NCBI GenBank assembly: GCA_964371555.1 | Contig: CAYJMQ010000004.1 | Location: 1,380 to 65,379 of the forward strand | Direction of reading: 5' to 3' | Origin: an uncultured bacterium | Lineage (GTDB): Bacteria; Bdellovibrionota; JACOXK01; 2-02-FULL-40-11 | Length of the DNA stretch: 64,000 nt | In this document: positions 22,063 through 31,369 of the stretch, in pieces | How positions within the stretch are numbered: the stretch's first letter is position 1 | How the letters are laid out: the number at the start of each line of letters is the position of its first letter | Translations under genes and position numbers: made by a program | The notes under the pieces: model-generated | Databases searched by the model: none | The model's input: only the letters and a program-made list of their open reading frames with translations | Told to the model about the DNA's origin: nothing

Positions 22063-24012
22063 TCATGAAGGTCGATCAGGTTTCTTATCAATTACAACGG
22101 GTGTGACGGGGAGGGTTGCTTTCAAGGTACGCCTCCACCAGGCGCGGGTATTCTTTTTGGTCTTTAGATCGGTAAAATGATATTCGTAGAATTGGATGCG
22201 TAAATATTTGGGTGGTTTTCCCTCAAAGGGATTTTTTTCAAGAAGGGAGATGACATCGGGAGTCCCTTGATAAAGACGCATGAGGAAGTTTTGAAACCAA
22301 AACGACTGCTGAAAATTTTGAAGCGGCAAAAACCACATCTGCCAGTCAAGGCGCGGCTGGTGCGGGGCCACAAAAGAAGGCCGGCGTTTGATGTCCCCCG
22401 GTTTGTATTTAAATTCATAAGCGAGCCAGTTTTTATTGTCATAGCTCCCTTCAAGAACGATTTCATTTCGTTCTGTCGTCATCACGGCAAAAAGCCCATA
22501 GCTATTCACAAGATGGAAGGTCTGCGCGACAGCAATCATTTTTTTAAGCGGGGAGGGAATACGCCTTGAAAAATGCGCAATCATGAAGGTACTTGAAACA
22601 ATCAGAACAAAAAGGGCGATGACCGCAATCAAAGATTGTCTACGGAGAGAGGCCGGAATTTTTTTCGGCTCTCTTTGAGAAAACCACCGTTTAAAACAGG
22701 TGTCGTCCAAAAGCAAAAAAGAAAGGGCGATCGTAAGCCAGTTGAAATAGGTGTAGTTACCCGTGAGGATGATTATCATCTGGAAAATCACAAGCCCGGC
22801 AAAACCGAAAAATTTGAGCCTTCTTGGAAAAAAGATCAAAAACGGGAGAAACAATTCGGACGCGAACATAAAACCACAGGAGACTTTGTCAAACCATTCG
22901 GGGAGCTGATGAACATACCAGGCGATCGGGGTGGGGAGCGGCTGCGTCTCATAGTGATAGTTCAGCGCTGTGAACGAATGCCATGTCGGATCGGCGCTGG
23001 TCAGCTTTACAACCCCTGAACTAAAGACGAGCCTGAAAAGAAGCCAACGGAGAAGAAAATGAATCAGATGCGATGGAATCACAAACTGTTTCCAGCGGGA
23101 TCTGATTTGAGAATGAAATAAGAAAATGGAAAGAAAGCCTGTTTCCAAGAGCAGGGCATCCCACTGAAACCGCATGAATTCGCCGCCCGCTATCGTTAAA
23201 GAAAGATAAAACACCCAGAGAAGCCATAGGGAAATTGTCGGCGCAAATCCTAAAAAGAGAATGATCGATAGAATAACGCCCCCCATCGATAGAAAGTCGA
23301 GAAAGAAGTTGGTCGGGCTAAGCCACGCAAGTGTTGGAAACCAAAAGTAGGCCGAGGATCCCACGTGGGTTTTGATCGCTTTTAAGAGAAGTTCAACAGG
23401 AAGTATCCCATCTGCGCCGATGAGCCCCCGGATCTGAATCCAGAGCGAGAAAAAAGCAATTCCATAGATGATGGCAAGGGCTTTGACAAACAGCCAGCTT
23501 GAAAAAAGATAGGTCGGCGGCTCAACTGTTTTTCCCCAAAAGAGCGTCGTTAATTTTGAAAAAAGCGGTCGATGGTTTGCAATGAACCGGTAAATCGATT
23601 CCGTTACAAACGAAGCCCCCGGAATATTTTTATAACACCAAAACATCCATTTTCTTCCACGGGCATAAGAGAGCGATTTAAAGACGGCCGCGGCTCCGCT
23701 ATAAATGGTTCCATCCGTTTCGACAAACTGCACGGAAGATTTGAACTGGTCTTTCGTAATTTTTGTAAATTGAGCCAAAACGTCCTGAAACGGCGCGTAT
23801 GCGACCGCATCGCCTGTCATCTTTTTCCAACGCTCAATCCAGAGGCGGCAAAATCCGCACTGACCATCGTAGATCATCCACGGGCACGGGTGGGTTCGCA
23901 TACCGGTTTCAAGTCTAATAAAAACGATCGCAAAAGACCAGATTTCTGTGAGATAGGGAGGGAATATGGATATAAACAAAGAATATGCCCTCGCAACAGA
24001 GCGGGCGGGCAT
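22063..24012 (-). CDS. Fusion protein: N-terminal DUF393/DCC-family thiol-disulfide oxidoreductase domain plus lipase maturation factor (LMF1)-like polytopic membrane domain
   Basis: The CPWMIYDGQCGFCRLWIERW motif is the DCC1-like Cys pair. It is followed by more than 8 TM helices and a C-terminal soluble region, the architecture of bacterial LMF homologues. The likely start is MRTHPC at 23904. Confidence 0.5.
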   Translation of the reverse strand: MPARSVARAYSLFISIFPPYLTEIWSFAIVFIRLETGMRTHPCPWMIYDGQCGFCRLWIERWKKMTGDAVAYAPFQDVLAQFTKITKDQFKSSVQFVETDGTIYSGAAAVFKSLSYARGRKWMFWCYKNIPGASFVTESIYRFIANHRPLFSKLTTLFWGKTVEPPTYLFSSWLFVKALAIIYGIAFFSLWIQIRGLIGADGILPVELLLKAIKTHVGSSAYFWFPTLAWLSPTNFFLDFLSMGGVILSIILFLGFAPTISLWLLWVFYLSLTIAGGEFMRFQWDALLLETGFLSIFLFHSQIRSRWKQFVIPSHLIHFLLRWLLFRLVFSSGVVKLTSADPTWHSFTALNYHYETQPLPTPIAWYVHQLPEWFDKVSCGFMFASELFLPFLIFFPRRLKFFGFAGLVIFQMIIILTGNYTYFNWLTIALSFLLLDDTCFKRWFSQREPKKIPASLRRQSLIAVIALFVLIVSSTFMIAHFSRRIPSPLKKMIAVAQTFHLVNSYGLFAVMTTERNEIVLEGSYDNKNWLAYEFKYKPGDIKRRPSFVAPHQPRLDWQMWFLPLQNFQQSFWFQNFLMRLYQGTPDVISLLEKNPFEGKPPKYLRIQFYEYHFTDLKTKKNTRAWWRRTLKATLPVTPVVIDKKPDRPS

Positions 24013-24952
24013 AATGGACCTTCAATTCAACTGTTTTAAAATCAAGGGTCTGGACACCCGCGATTTTTTGAACCGCATGCTCACAAACAATATTAAGGAT
24101 CTCAAAACAGGCTTTGGCTCTTACAATTGCCTTTGCGATAAAAAGGGGAAAATGCTCGCGGACCTTTATTGCTATTGCGCGCCAGATTGCGAACTAATTG
24201 AGTGCGATAAAAAATTGACAAACAAAGTCAGAGACATTTTAAAACGTCATCTTGTCATCGAAGATGTTCAAATAGAGGAACCTTTGTCCTGGAATGGGGT
24301 AGGGGTGGTGGGACCCGAAGCTCAAAACCTTCTTAATAAAATCCTCGATTCAAAAATTCCAACTGAAGAACTTCAATTTGTGGAAATGATCTACAAGAAA
24401 CATTCTCTTTTGATTATCCGCAAAAAATGCTGGGGTTTGGACGGATTTGAAATCTGGGGGGATGGGGAGGCGCTTTCTGATCTGAAAAACGAATGCGGGG
24501 TGCGCCCATGGCCAGAGCCCATTTCGCCCATTTCTGAAGAAATCCAGGAGATCCTCCGGATTGAGTCGAAAACCCCTTTGTATGGGGTTGATATGACCGA
24601 AGAGACAATTCCTCAGGAAGCGGATTTGTATCATGCCCTCCATTTCAATAAGGGGTGTTACATAGGACAAGAGACAATAGCGCGGCTGGAGCACAGGGGG
24701 CATGTGAATAAAAAACTGGTTCTTCTCAAACTAAGCGGTGACCGCTTACCTATTGCAGGCATAAAAATTTTAACAAAGGAAGGGGAAGACGCGGGATATA
24801 TTACAAGTTCCTGTGATTCTCCAAAATACAACTCCGTCATTGCCCTGGCATATATCCGCTATTCTTATCTTTATAGTATCCCGGCATTAAAGGAATTTAA
24901 TGTTGGGACAAAAGGGGGGGCGGGGAGGGATCAGACTGCAATTTTGCTGTGA
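23966..24952 (+). CDS. ygfZ: Folate-binding Fe-S cluster repair / tRNA-modification protein YgfZ (GcvT-like)
   Basis: The GcvT-like fold has the YgfZ signature KGCYIGQE (HFNKGCYIGQETIARLEHRG). It is 328 aa. Confidence 0.7.
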   Translation: MDINKEYALATERAGIMDLQFNCFKIKGLDTRDFLNRMLTNNIKDLKTGFGSYNCLCDKKGKMLADLYCYCAPDCELIECDKKLTNKVRDILKRHLVIEDVQIEEPLSWNGVGVVGPEAQNLLNKILDSKIPTEELQFVEMIYKKHSLLIIRKKCWGLDGFEIWGDGEALSDLKNECGVRPWPEPISPISEEIQEILRIESKTPLYGVDMTEETIPQEADLYHALHFNKGCYIGQETIARLEHRGHVNKKLVLLKLSGDRLPIAGIKILTKEGEDAGYITSSCDSPKYNSVIALAYIRYSYLYSIPALKEFNVGTKGGAGRDQTAILL

Positions 24953-24962
24953 GAAGAGGGGA

Positions 24963-25337
24963 CTAAACGCTAAACGAACTCCCGCACCCGCAACTCCCCG
25001 TGGCATTGGGGTTTTTGATAACAAAACCGGCTCCTGTCAGCCCCATATTGTAATCGATCGTAGATCCGAGGAGAAGCTCGGCGCTTTGGGGATCAACCAA
25101 AAGTGTCGCCCCCCCGCATTCTACGATATTGTCGTTTGCTCTTTTATCGTCGAATTTAAATCCATACGTATACCCCGGACAGCCCCCCCCTTGAACATAG
25201 GCTCTGAGATATTTCCCCTTCGCCTCCGGGAGCTTCTCTGAGAGCTCCTTAATTTTATGAACCGCTTCATCGGTCAGCGCAACAATCGGGGTCCCTTTCG
25301 GGATATCGGGTGAAAACATCTTAAATTTCGAATCCAT
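24963..25337 (-). CDS. A-type iron-sulfur carrier protein (IscA/ErpA/HesB family)
   Basis: A 124-aa ORF. The conserved Cys triad is GGGCPGY ... SCGCGSSF. It is convergent with ygfZ. Confidence 0.8.
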   Translation of the reverse strand: MDSKFKMFSPDIPKGTPIVALTDEAVHKIKELSEKLPEAKGKYLRAYVQGGGCPGYTYGFKFDDKRANDNIVECGGATLLVDPQSAELLLGSTIDYNMGLTGAGFVIKNPNATGSCGCGSSFSV

Positions 25338-25653
25338 ATAAATAACCCTCTTTTAATGATTTTTTAATTTTCTAAGCCCATCTTAGCCACTGCAAACAAA
25401 AAAAGCAACACTGCGCTTTTTCCATCTGCTCTGTAATCATTATACTACACTCGATTGTTTCATTGCCACTGTCGCCAGGGAATATCAGATACCTCTTTGG
25501 ACTTTAGATAAGATCTTCAAACGAGCACAACCGATCATAGGCTTCGAGCTATTTGAATAGTCTCAATGAAGCCTAATACTTTACATAATAACCCTTATCT
25601 GACGTTGTAGACTGCCGGGGGGAAATGGAAGGGGGGCACTCTCTCCCCTTCTC

Positions 25654-26784
25654 CTATTGCGCTTCTGGCAAGAGGTAGAACGGATCTATGGCATGTAATG
25701 AAGCCAATCTCGTAAAAAGATAGAGACGCTCATTGGCAAAAGCAGGCTGTGCAAACATGCCGGAATCTGTCGTATACCGCCAGATCGGCTCTCCATTGTC
25801 AGTCGCAATTGAATAGACATAACTGCTCGGCGTTCCAAAGATAAGCTGATCTTCAATCAGAAGAAAATCGGTCGTCGCCCCTTCCTTAAAACGAAATCTC
25901 CAGAGCTCTTCACCGTCATCCTGATCCAATGCAATCACATCTTCGTGCGTTGAAAGGTAGATGCGGGAAGTATCGTTCGCCAGCGCGGTAGCGCTCGAAA
26001 ACTTTCTTTTCCATCGAATTTCCCCATCTATACTGCTTAAGGCGTAGACAAAACCATCTGATGTCGCCACAAAAATCCTTCTTTCTGAAACAATCGGTGT
26101 AACATCGATATCTACAAATTTATCCCCTTCTGTCAGTTTTTTGAACCAGACAACAGCGCCATTAAATGCATTCAGGACGGCAATGCTCCCATCTGAAAAT
26201 CCCGCATAAATTTTACCATCTTGAAAGACAGGCGAGGATGTCCCCCTCACCGATATTTTTTGGCTGTATCCTTTATTGTAGTACCAAAGCCATTTCCCCG
26301 TATCTGACTTTAACGCGTAGAGCCCGTTTTTGACGGTTAAAAAATAGACAATTCCCCCTTTAATGAGGGGACGCGAAAGAATTTCAGTTTCTGTGTCATA
26401 ACTCCAGATCGTTTGCCCGGATTTGGCGTCAATACAGTAAAAATGTCCATCATTCGCGCCAAAGTAAATTTTTCCATCAAAATATTGAGGGTTCGACTCC
26501 ACCCCCCCCTCGATGAATTTCTTCCAGATAATTTTTCCTGATTTTCTGGACAACGCAAAAAAGCGGTTGCGCACAGAGCCCTGATAAATCGTATCCCCTA
26601 TAATGAGCGGGGATGAGCGTTCTTCAGGTTTATTCAATCTCCCGGTAAGATCAGAGGCGGTAAAAAGACGCGCGATGAAATGCTGCTTGGGAATCCGGCC
26701 CGATTCATTTTTGGGGAATCGCTCAAGCGAATGGCTGCAGCCAAAAGCGGTGAAAAAAATCAGCAGTACTAAAATATATTTCAT
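25654..26784 (-). CDS. bamB: Outer-membrane protein assembly factor BamB (PQQ-like beta-propeller lipoprotein)
   Basis: The lipobox is FTAFGCS. Repeated GxIYxG...DGxLYALDxxTGxxxW blades are present. yfgM-bamB synteny is conserved. Confidence 0.75.
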   Translation of the reverse strand: MKYILVLLIFFTAFGCSHSLERFPKNESGRIPKQHFIARLFTASDLTGRLNKPEERSSPLIIGDTIYQGSVRNRFFALSRKSGKIIWKKFIEGGVESNPQYFDGKIYFGANDGHFYCIDAKSGQTIWSYDTETEILSRPLIKGGIVYFLTVKNGLYALKSDTGKWLWYYNKGYSQKISVRGTSSPVFQDGKIYAGFSDGSIAVLNAFNGAVVWFKKLTEGDKFVDIDVTPIVSERRIFVATSDGFVYALSSIDGEIRWKRKFSSATALANDTSRIYLSTHEDVIALDQDDGEELWRFRFKEGATTDFLLIEDQLIFGTPSSYVYSIATDNGEPIWRYTTDSGMFAQPAFANERLYLFTRLASLHAIDPFYLLPEAQ

Positions 26785-27464
26785 TCAGAGCGGACCAATC
26801 GGGCGTACGCGCGGGCCTTGTCGGCATAGCTGGTATCCGGAAATTCATCGGCTACACGCAGATATGTCTCTTTTGCCTCCGAAAAACGAGCTAGTTTTTC
26901 ATAACAACGGCCGACTCCAAAGTAGGCGGATGAGAGCCAAAAAGCATTTGGGCGCGCCCCAAATGTCCAGAGAAGAATTCGCGTTTTTTTAATATCGGTA
27001 ATTTCCCTGAAATAAGAAATTGCCTTTTCGCACTCCCCTGCCATCTCATGCATATAGCCCAGATTGTAATATGCCAGCAATCTATAAAAACGATCCTTGC
27101 TCAACCTTAACGCGGATTCATAAGAGTGAATCGCTTCCTTCCATTTCTTCTCCCCCGCATTTAACTCACCCAGTTTAAAATATGCGAGGAGCGCCCCCTT
27201 CGATTTTGGATATTTCCGGGACATCTCTTCGAAAACTTTTGTGTCTGGTTTTAGCTCAGCGGTATAAAATGCCGAAAGCGAGACATCTTCTCTTGACTTT
27301 TTCCACTGATCGATGGCAATTCCGGCAGCAACCAGTCCCAAAAATAACAGACAGACACTCATAACAACCTTGATATTCTCCTGTCCCCATTGATATCCTT
27401 TTCTGAGAGAGGCAAGAACAATATCCGGTCGTTTTAAAAGCTTTCTACTAAATTCATCTGACAT
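26781..27464 (-). CDS. Membrane-anchored TPR protein, YfgM-like
   Basis: A 227-aa ORF with an N-terminal TM anchor (VVMSVCLLFLGLVAAGIAI), then TPR repeats. It overlaps the bamB start by 4 nt, as with yfgM-bamB in E. coli. Confidence 0.6.
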   Translation of the reverse strand: MSDEFSRKLLKRPDIVLASLRKGYQWGQENIKVVMSVCLLFLGLVAAGIAIDQWKKSREDVSLSAFYTAELKPDTKVFEEMSRKYPKSKGALLAYFKLGELNAGEKKWKEAIHSYESALRLSKDRFYRLLAYYNLGYMHEMAGECEKAISYFREITDIKKTRILLWTFGARPNAFWLSSAYFGVGRCYEKLARFSEAKETYLRVADEFPDTSYADKARAYARLVRSE

Positions 27465-27535
27465 ATCAATACGTTAGTCTTATAGAAAAGTTTTCTTTTA
27501 TTGTCAATTGATTCTTACTCTGCTATGATAAAAAT

Positions 27536-28219
27536 ATGAAAAAATCCAAAGCGGTTTGGATTTTTTTTGCTATTTGTATTTCCTTCTTTTCGCCGTCTGC
27601 TTTGGGTCAGGCGCCGGATCTCTTCGAAGACGCTTCCGCCTATGGCTACGATTTAAAACAAGAATCTGAGGATGAGCTTTTTTTCTACGAGTCCCGTTTC
27701 GTCGATATCGGACTGCATGTCGGGGGGCGAAGTTTCACCGGGGGGCTGGGAACCCTTTTTGGAACCGGATTGAGCGTCGGTGGTTTTATAGCCTATTTTT
27801 TTACGCGAAGTTTTGCGATCGAATTTACAATCAATAACAGCTGGCATCAATTTCTGATTGACGGAATAAAGGGAACCGCGATGCTTCTTGACATTCTGGG
27901 GCGGGGAAAGTTCTATTTCACTTCAGACGAGTTTTCGCGCGCGCTGACATTCGCCAATCCTTATATCTTTGTTGGCGGCGGGCAATTCATTCGGACAAAA
28001 TCGCGAAGCGATGTTCCGGCCCAGACAACTGACGAGGGCCCTGGCATTGAATTTGGGGGAGGCTTTGAAATTCCACTCAAAGAACGACAGCTTTATCTGG
28101 GAGTAAAACCCTCTTACCAGCTTATCTTCTTTCAGGATGAGGGCAATCGCACCAATCGCGGCACGCAGCTTAACGGGGATACGATTAGCTTTGTCATGAA
28201 TCTTACCTATAGTTTTTAA
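27536..28219 (+). CDS. Small outer-membrane beta-barrel protein (OmpA/OmpW-like fold)
   Basis: It has a signal peptide ending in ALGQAPD. Alternating hydrophobic beta strands are present. The C-terminus ...NLTYSF ends in Phe. It is inverted relative to the flanking rnc-der / yfgM-bamB genes. Confidence 0.5.
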   Translation: MKKSKAVWIFFAICISFFSPSALGQAPDLFEDASAYGYDLKQESEDELFFYESRFVDIGLHVGGRSFTGGLGTLFGTGLSVGGFIAYFFTRSFAIEFTINNSWHQFLIDGIKGTAMLLDILGRGKFYFTSDEFSRALTFANPYIFVGGGQFIRTKSRSDVPAQTTDEGPGIEFGGGFEIPLKERQLYLGVKPSYQLIFFQDEGNRTNRGTQLNGDTISFVMNLTYSF

Positions 28220-28227
28220 ATGTAACT

Positions 28228-28300
28228 GTGTGGGGAGATATGTTCCCTTCGCGCGCTGGCAGCGTAGCTGAGGCACGCTCCGGGAAATATCTCCCCACAC
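28228..28300. terminator. Long imperfect palindrome between convergent genes (bidirectional terminator or REP-like element)
   Basis: GTGTGGGGAGATATgTTCCC ... GGGAAaTATCTCCCCACAC. The arms are about 19 bp around a 34-nt GC-rich loop. It sits between the stop of the + strand OMP gene and the stop of der. Confidence 0.5.
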
Positions 28301-28306
28301 TTTCTT

Positions 28307-29629
28307 TCAAACCTTCCTGTATACAAACCTAATGGGAATGCCCCACAGATCATAAGTTTCCCGTATCCTGTTTTTCAAATACCGATCATACTGGGGCTCC
28401 ATATCAGCCTCAGTCATCTTTACTTCAAACACCGGCGGGGCGTGATCCTTCTGAACGATATCAAAGAATTTTATGAATTTCCGTCCCCTACTCTTCTTAA
28501 TGGAAATCCCTCTGCTCAAAGTCCACTGACTGAAGCGCTCCTTCAGCTCTTCCCGATCAATCACTTTTTCATAAGAAGATTTAACGGCTGTCAGGAGCTC
28601 ATAAATTTTTGAGATATTTCTCGATTCTTTCGCAGAAATAAATAGAACCGGAAGTTTATGAAACGCATTAAATTTTTGCGCCAAAAGTCTTTCCCAAAAG
28701 GTATTGCTTTTTTTTTCGTCCGGAAGCAGATCCCACTTGTTAATCAGAAGAACAATCGCCACCCCTCGTCTCCATGCAAGATCTGCGATTTTTAAATCCT
28801 GATCGCCGGGGCCCTCTATGGCATCTATGACAAGAAGAAGAATGTCTGCGCGATTGAGCGATTCAAGCGCTTTCTTTACAGACAGGGATTCTATTTTTTC
28901 ATGAATTTTTTTCTTTTTTCTTAACCCGGCCGTATCGATAAAAAGAAAGTTCTGTCCATTTACTTCAATCATCGAATCAATGGCATCGCGTGTCGTTCCG
29001 GAAATCGGACTTACAATGACACGCTCTTCAGACAAAAGCTGATTCATCAGTGTCGATTTTCCGACATTGGGGCGGCCCATAATCGCCGCCCGGATCATAT
29101 ACGATTCGGGCGGCTTATTTTGCTGAGTGAGCGTGAATGTCTCGTCACAACGTTTGAGCAGATGTTTAAGACCTTCCCCTCTTTCTGCCGCAATCTTTTC
29201 AAAAACTCTCCCAAAAAAACGATAAAATTCGCCTTCAGATTTTTTGAAGTAGTGGGTATCTATTTTGTTTACAATCGGGACTATCGGCTTATTCTGCTTG
29301 CGGACTTTCTCAAGCAATTCATAATCAAGCTTTGTGATTTCCGACTGACCATCACATACAAAAAGAAATCCATCCGCTCTGTTGAGCAGTTGTTCATATT
29401 GTTTCAAAATGCTTTGCCTAAGCTCGGATTTTTCCAATTCAAACCCGCTGGTATCGACAATTTTAAATGTGCAATCGCGCCAATAGACGCTCTCTATCTG
29501 GTAGTCTCGCGTCACACCGCTTTCTTTGGCGACAATCGCTTTATTCTTGCACGCTAATTTATTAAAGAGTGTCGATTTGCCGACATTCGGCCGGCCGACA
29601 ATGGCAATCATAAAAATATTGGCTGTCAT
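28307..29629 (-). CDS. der: Ribosome-biogenesis GTPase Der (EngA)
   Basis: It has two tandem GTPase domains, each with GRPNVGKSTL and DTAG motifs, and a KH-like C-terminus. The start was trimmed to MTANIFMIAIVGRPNVGKS so that it does not overlap rnc. Confidence 0.85.
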   Translation of the reverse strand: MTANIFMIAIVGRPNVGKSTLFNKLACKNKAIVAKESGVTRDYQIESVYWRDCTFKIVDTSGFELEKSELRQSILKQYEQLLNRADGFLFVCDGQSEITKLDYELLEKVRKQNKPIVPIVNKIDTHYFKKSEGEFYRFFGRVFEKIAAERGEGLKHLLKRCDETFTLTQQNKPPESYMIRAAIMGRPNVGKSTLMNQLLSEERVIVSPISGTTRDAIDSMIEVNGQNFLFIDTAGLRKKKKIHEKIESLSVKKALESLNRADILLLVIDAIEGPGDQDLKIADLAWRRGVAIVLLINKWDLLPDEKKSNTFWERLLAQKFNAFHKLPVLFISAKESRNISKIYELLTAVKSSYEKVIDREELKERFSQWTLSRGISIKKSRGRKFIKFFDIVQKDHAPPVFEVKMTEADMEPQYDRYLKNRIRETYDLWGIPIRFVYRKV

Positions 29630-29633
29630 CTGG

Positions 29634-30347
29634 TTAAAACCGGTCTTCTTCTTTGAGAACCTGGAGCGCGAATCTGGCGGCATCCTGTTCTGCTTCTTTT
29701 TTGCTTTTGCCAGAACCCAATGCCAGAAGTCGCCCTTTGATGCTGACCTCTACGCGAAAAGTCTTATTGTGGTCGGGACCGGTCTCCTCCTTTACCTGAT
29801 AGCGGGGAACTTTTTTATAACGATTTTGCATTTCTTCCTGAAGCCTTGTTTTATAGTCATGATCAAAACCTGTTTTTTTTGCCTGCGCAATCAATGGAAG
29901 AAATTGATCCTGAACAACGGCATAAACCTTTTCATATCCTCCATCCATATAAATAGCGGCCAAAACCGCCTCGTATGTATTCGCTAAAATCGAATTCTTT
30001 GTCCTCCCCTTCGTCTGCTCTTCCCCTTTCCCAAGGTAGATCAGTTTTCCAAGTTCAAGCTGGGAGGCGACCGTTGCAAGTTGGGTCTCATTCACAATCG
30101 AGGCGCGGAGCCGGGAGAGTTCCCCTTCCGCAGCTTCCGGGAAATGCTCCATCAGAAGATCGCTCACAACCAGTTCCAAAACCGCGTCACCCAGAAACTC
30201 AAGCCGCTCATTGTGTTTGAGTTTTGAAGCCAGATTTTCGTACGAATAAGATTTATGAATCAGCGATTCTGTAAGTAGATTCTGGTCTTTAAACTGATAT
30301 CCCAGGGTTTTTTCCAATCTTTCAAAAAGAGGACTTTTTCTCTGCAT
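29634..30347 (-). CDS. rnc: Ribonuclease III
   Basis: The signature is ERLEFLGDAVLEL. A C-terminal dsRBD is present. It is 237 aa. Confidence 0.9.
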   Translation of the reverse strand: MQRKSPLFERLEKTLGYQFKDQNLLTESLIHKSYSYENLASKLKHNERLEFLGDAVLELVVSDLLMEHFPEAAEGELSRLRASIVNETQLATVASQLELGKLIYLGKGEEQTKGRTKNSILANTYEAVLAAIYMDGGYEKVYAVVQDQFLPLIAQAKKTGFDHDYKTRLQEEMQNRYKKVPRYQVKEETGPDHNKTFRVEVSIKGRLLALGSGKSKKEAEQDAARFALQVLKEEDRF

Positions 30348-30391
30348 ACGGAAGCCATACTACACAATGCCTATATTTCGGTCAATGTACC

Positions 30392-30733
30392 CTACTGCGC
30401 TCCCAAAAACTCAAAAACAGGGGGCCAGAGGAGCGTGGTTGCAATCCCTGTCCCGATCAAAAAAAGAATCAGAACAACTGTCATGTTCCATTCCCGATTC
30501 TTAAGAATCCTTCCCAAAATAAGCCAACTTAAAAGCCAGACGACGAGCATCAACGTCTCTTTTCCTGAATATGGGCCGATCCCTTCCGCCCCCGGTATCC
30601 AAATTTTACCCACCTTATGGACAACTGTTTTAAAATTCGAAGAGATTTCTGTTCCGAGATTAACCACCGCCAATGTCAAAAAACCAAGCATTGCTGATAG
30701 AACAGCTGCCTGCGCGGCCCCCTGTTTGTTCAC
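30392..30733 (-). CDS. Hypothetical small membrane protein
   Basis: A 113-aa ORF with 3 hydrophobic helices. I recognise no family. Confidence 0.35.
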   Translation of the reverse strand: MNKQGAAQAAVLSAMLGFLTLAVVNLGTEISSNFKTVVHKVGKIWIPGAEGIGPYSGKETLMLVVWLLSWLILGRILKNREWNMTVVLILFLIGTGIATTLLWPPVFEFLGAQ

Positions 30734-30747
30734 AATTTCCTCCCCTT

Positions 30748-31317
30748 TTAAACGGATTTAAGTTTTGTTATTGCAGCCCCCAGACCAAACGCGATTAAAA
30801 AATAAAAAAAGCCAAGCATCAGTAAAAGCGATACGGTCATTCTCAGGGACCGGTTTTCTTTTAAACGATCTCCGCTGATCCAAATAATATAAGTGGCAGA
30901 AACCAAAAGAGGGAGCGTAAAGAGGGCTGTAAATTCTTTAAACTCAAAGAAAATCTTGTGGATCTCCGGGGTCGTTTTCAAAAAATAAGATCGAGGTCCC
31001 TCTTGAGATCGATAGGGAATATAGATCCAGTTGCCAAACAGAATGGTAAAAAAACAGATGATTGAATTGATGAGACTCCCTATCTCAAGCTCTTTGATAT
31101 TGATTTCAGCCCCCATCCAAAGACGAAATGCCTGATAAAGCCCAATGGTGGTCGTCACCATGAAAATCCCTGCAAATAGCCCATGAAATGCGCTGCGAAT
31201 CGCATATTCGCTGCCGCCCAGCAGTTGCGAGGCGGGCGCAGTTATCAGCAAAATTGAAACTGCGATAGCAGCCATGAACATCACAACATAGGCAATCAAC
31301 ACCCCATTTGTTTTCAT
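30748..31317 (-). CDS. Hypothetical polytopic membrane protein
   Basis: A 189-aa ORF with about 5 TM helices. It is tightly linked to the downstream small membrane ORF. Confidence 0.4.
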   Translation of the reverse strand: MKTNGVLIAYVVMFMAAIAVSILLITAPASQLLGGSEYAIRSAFHGLFAGIFMVTTTIGLYQAFRLWMGAEINIKELEIGSLINSIICFFTILFGNWIYIPYRSQEGPRSYFLKTTPEIHKIFFEFKEFTALFTLPLLVSATYIIWISGDRLKENRSLRMTVSLLLMLGFFYFLIAFGLGAAITKLKSV

Positions 31318-31369
31318 CTCATCCCCCTAAAGTATCAGCGTAATGAAATTGGCGAAAAAAATCTACTCC

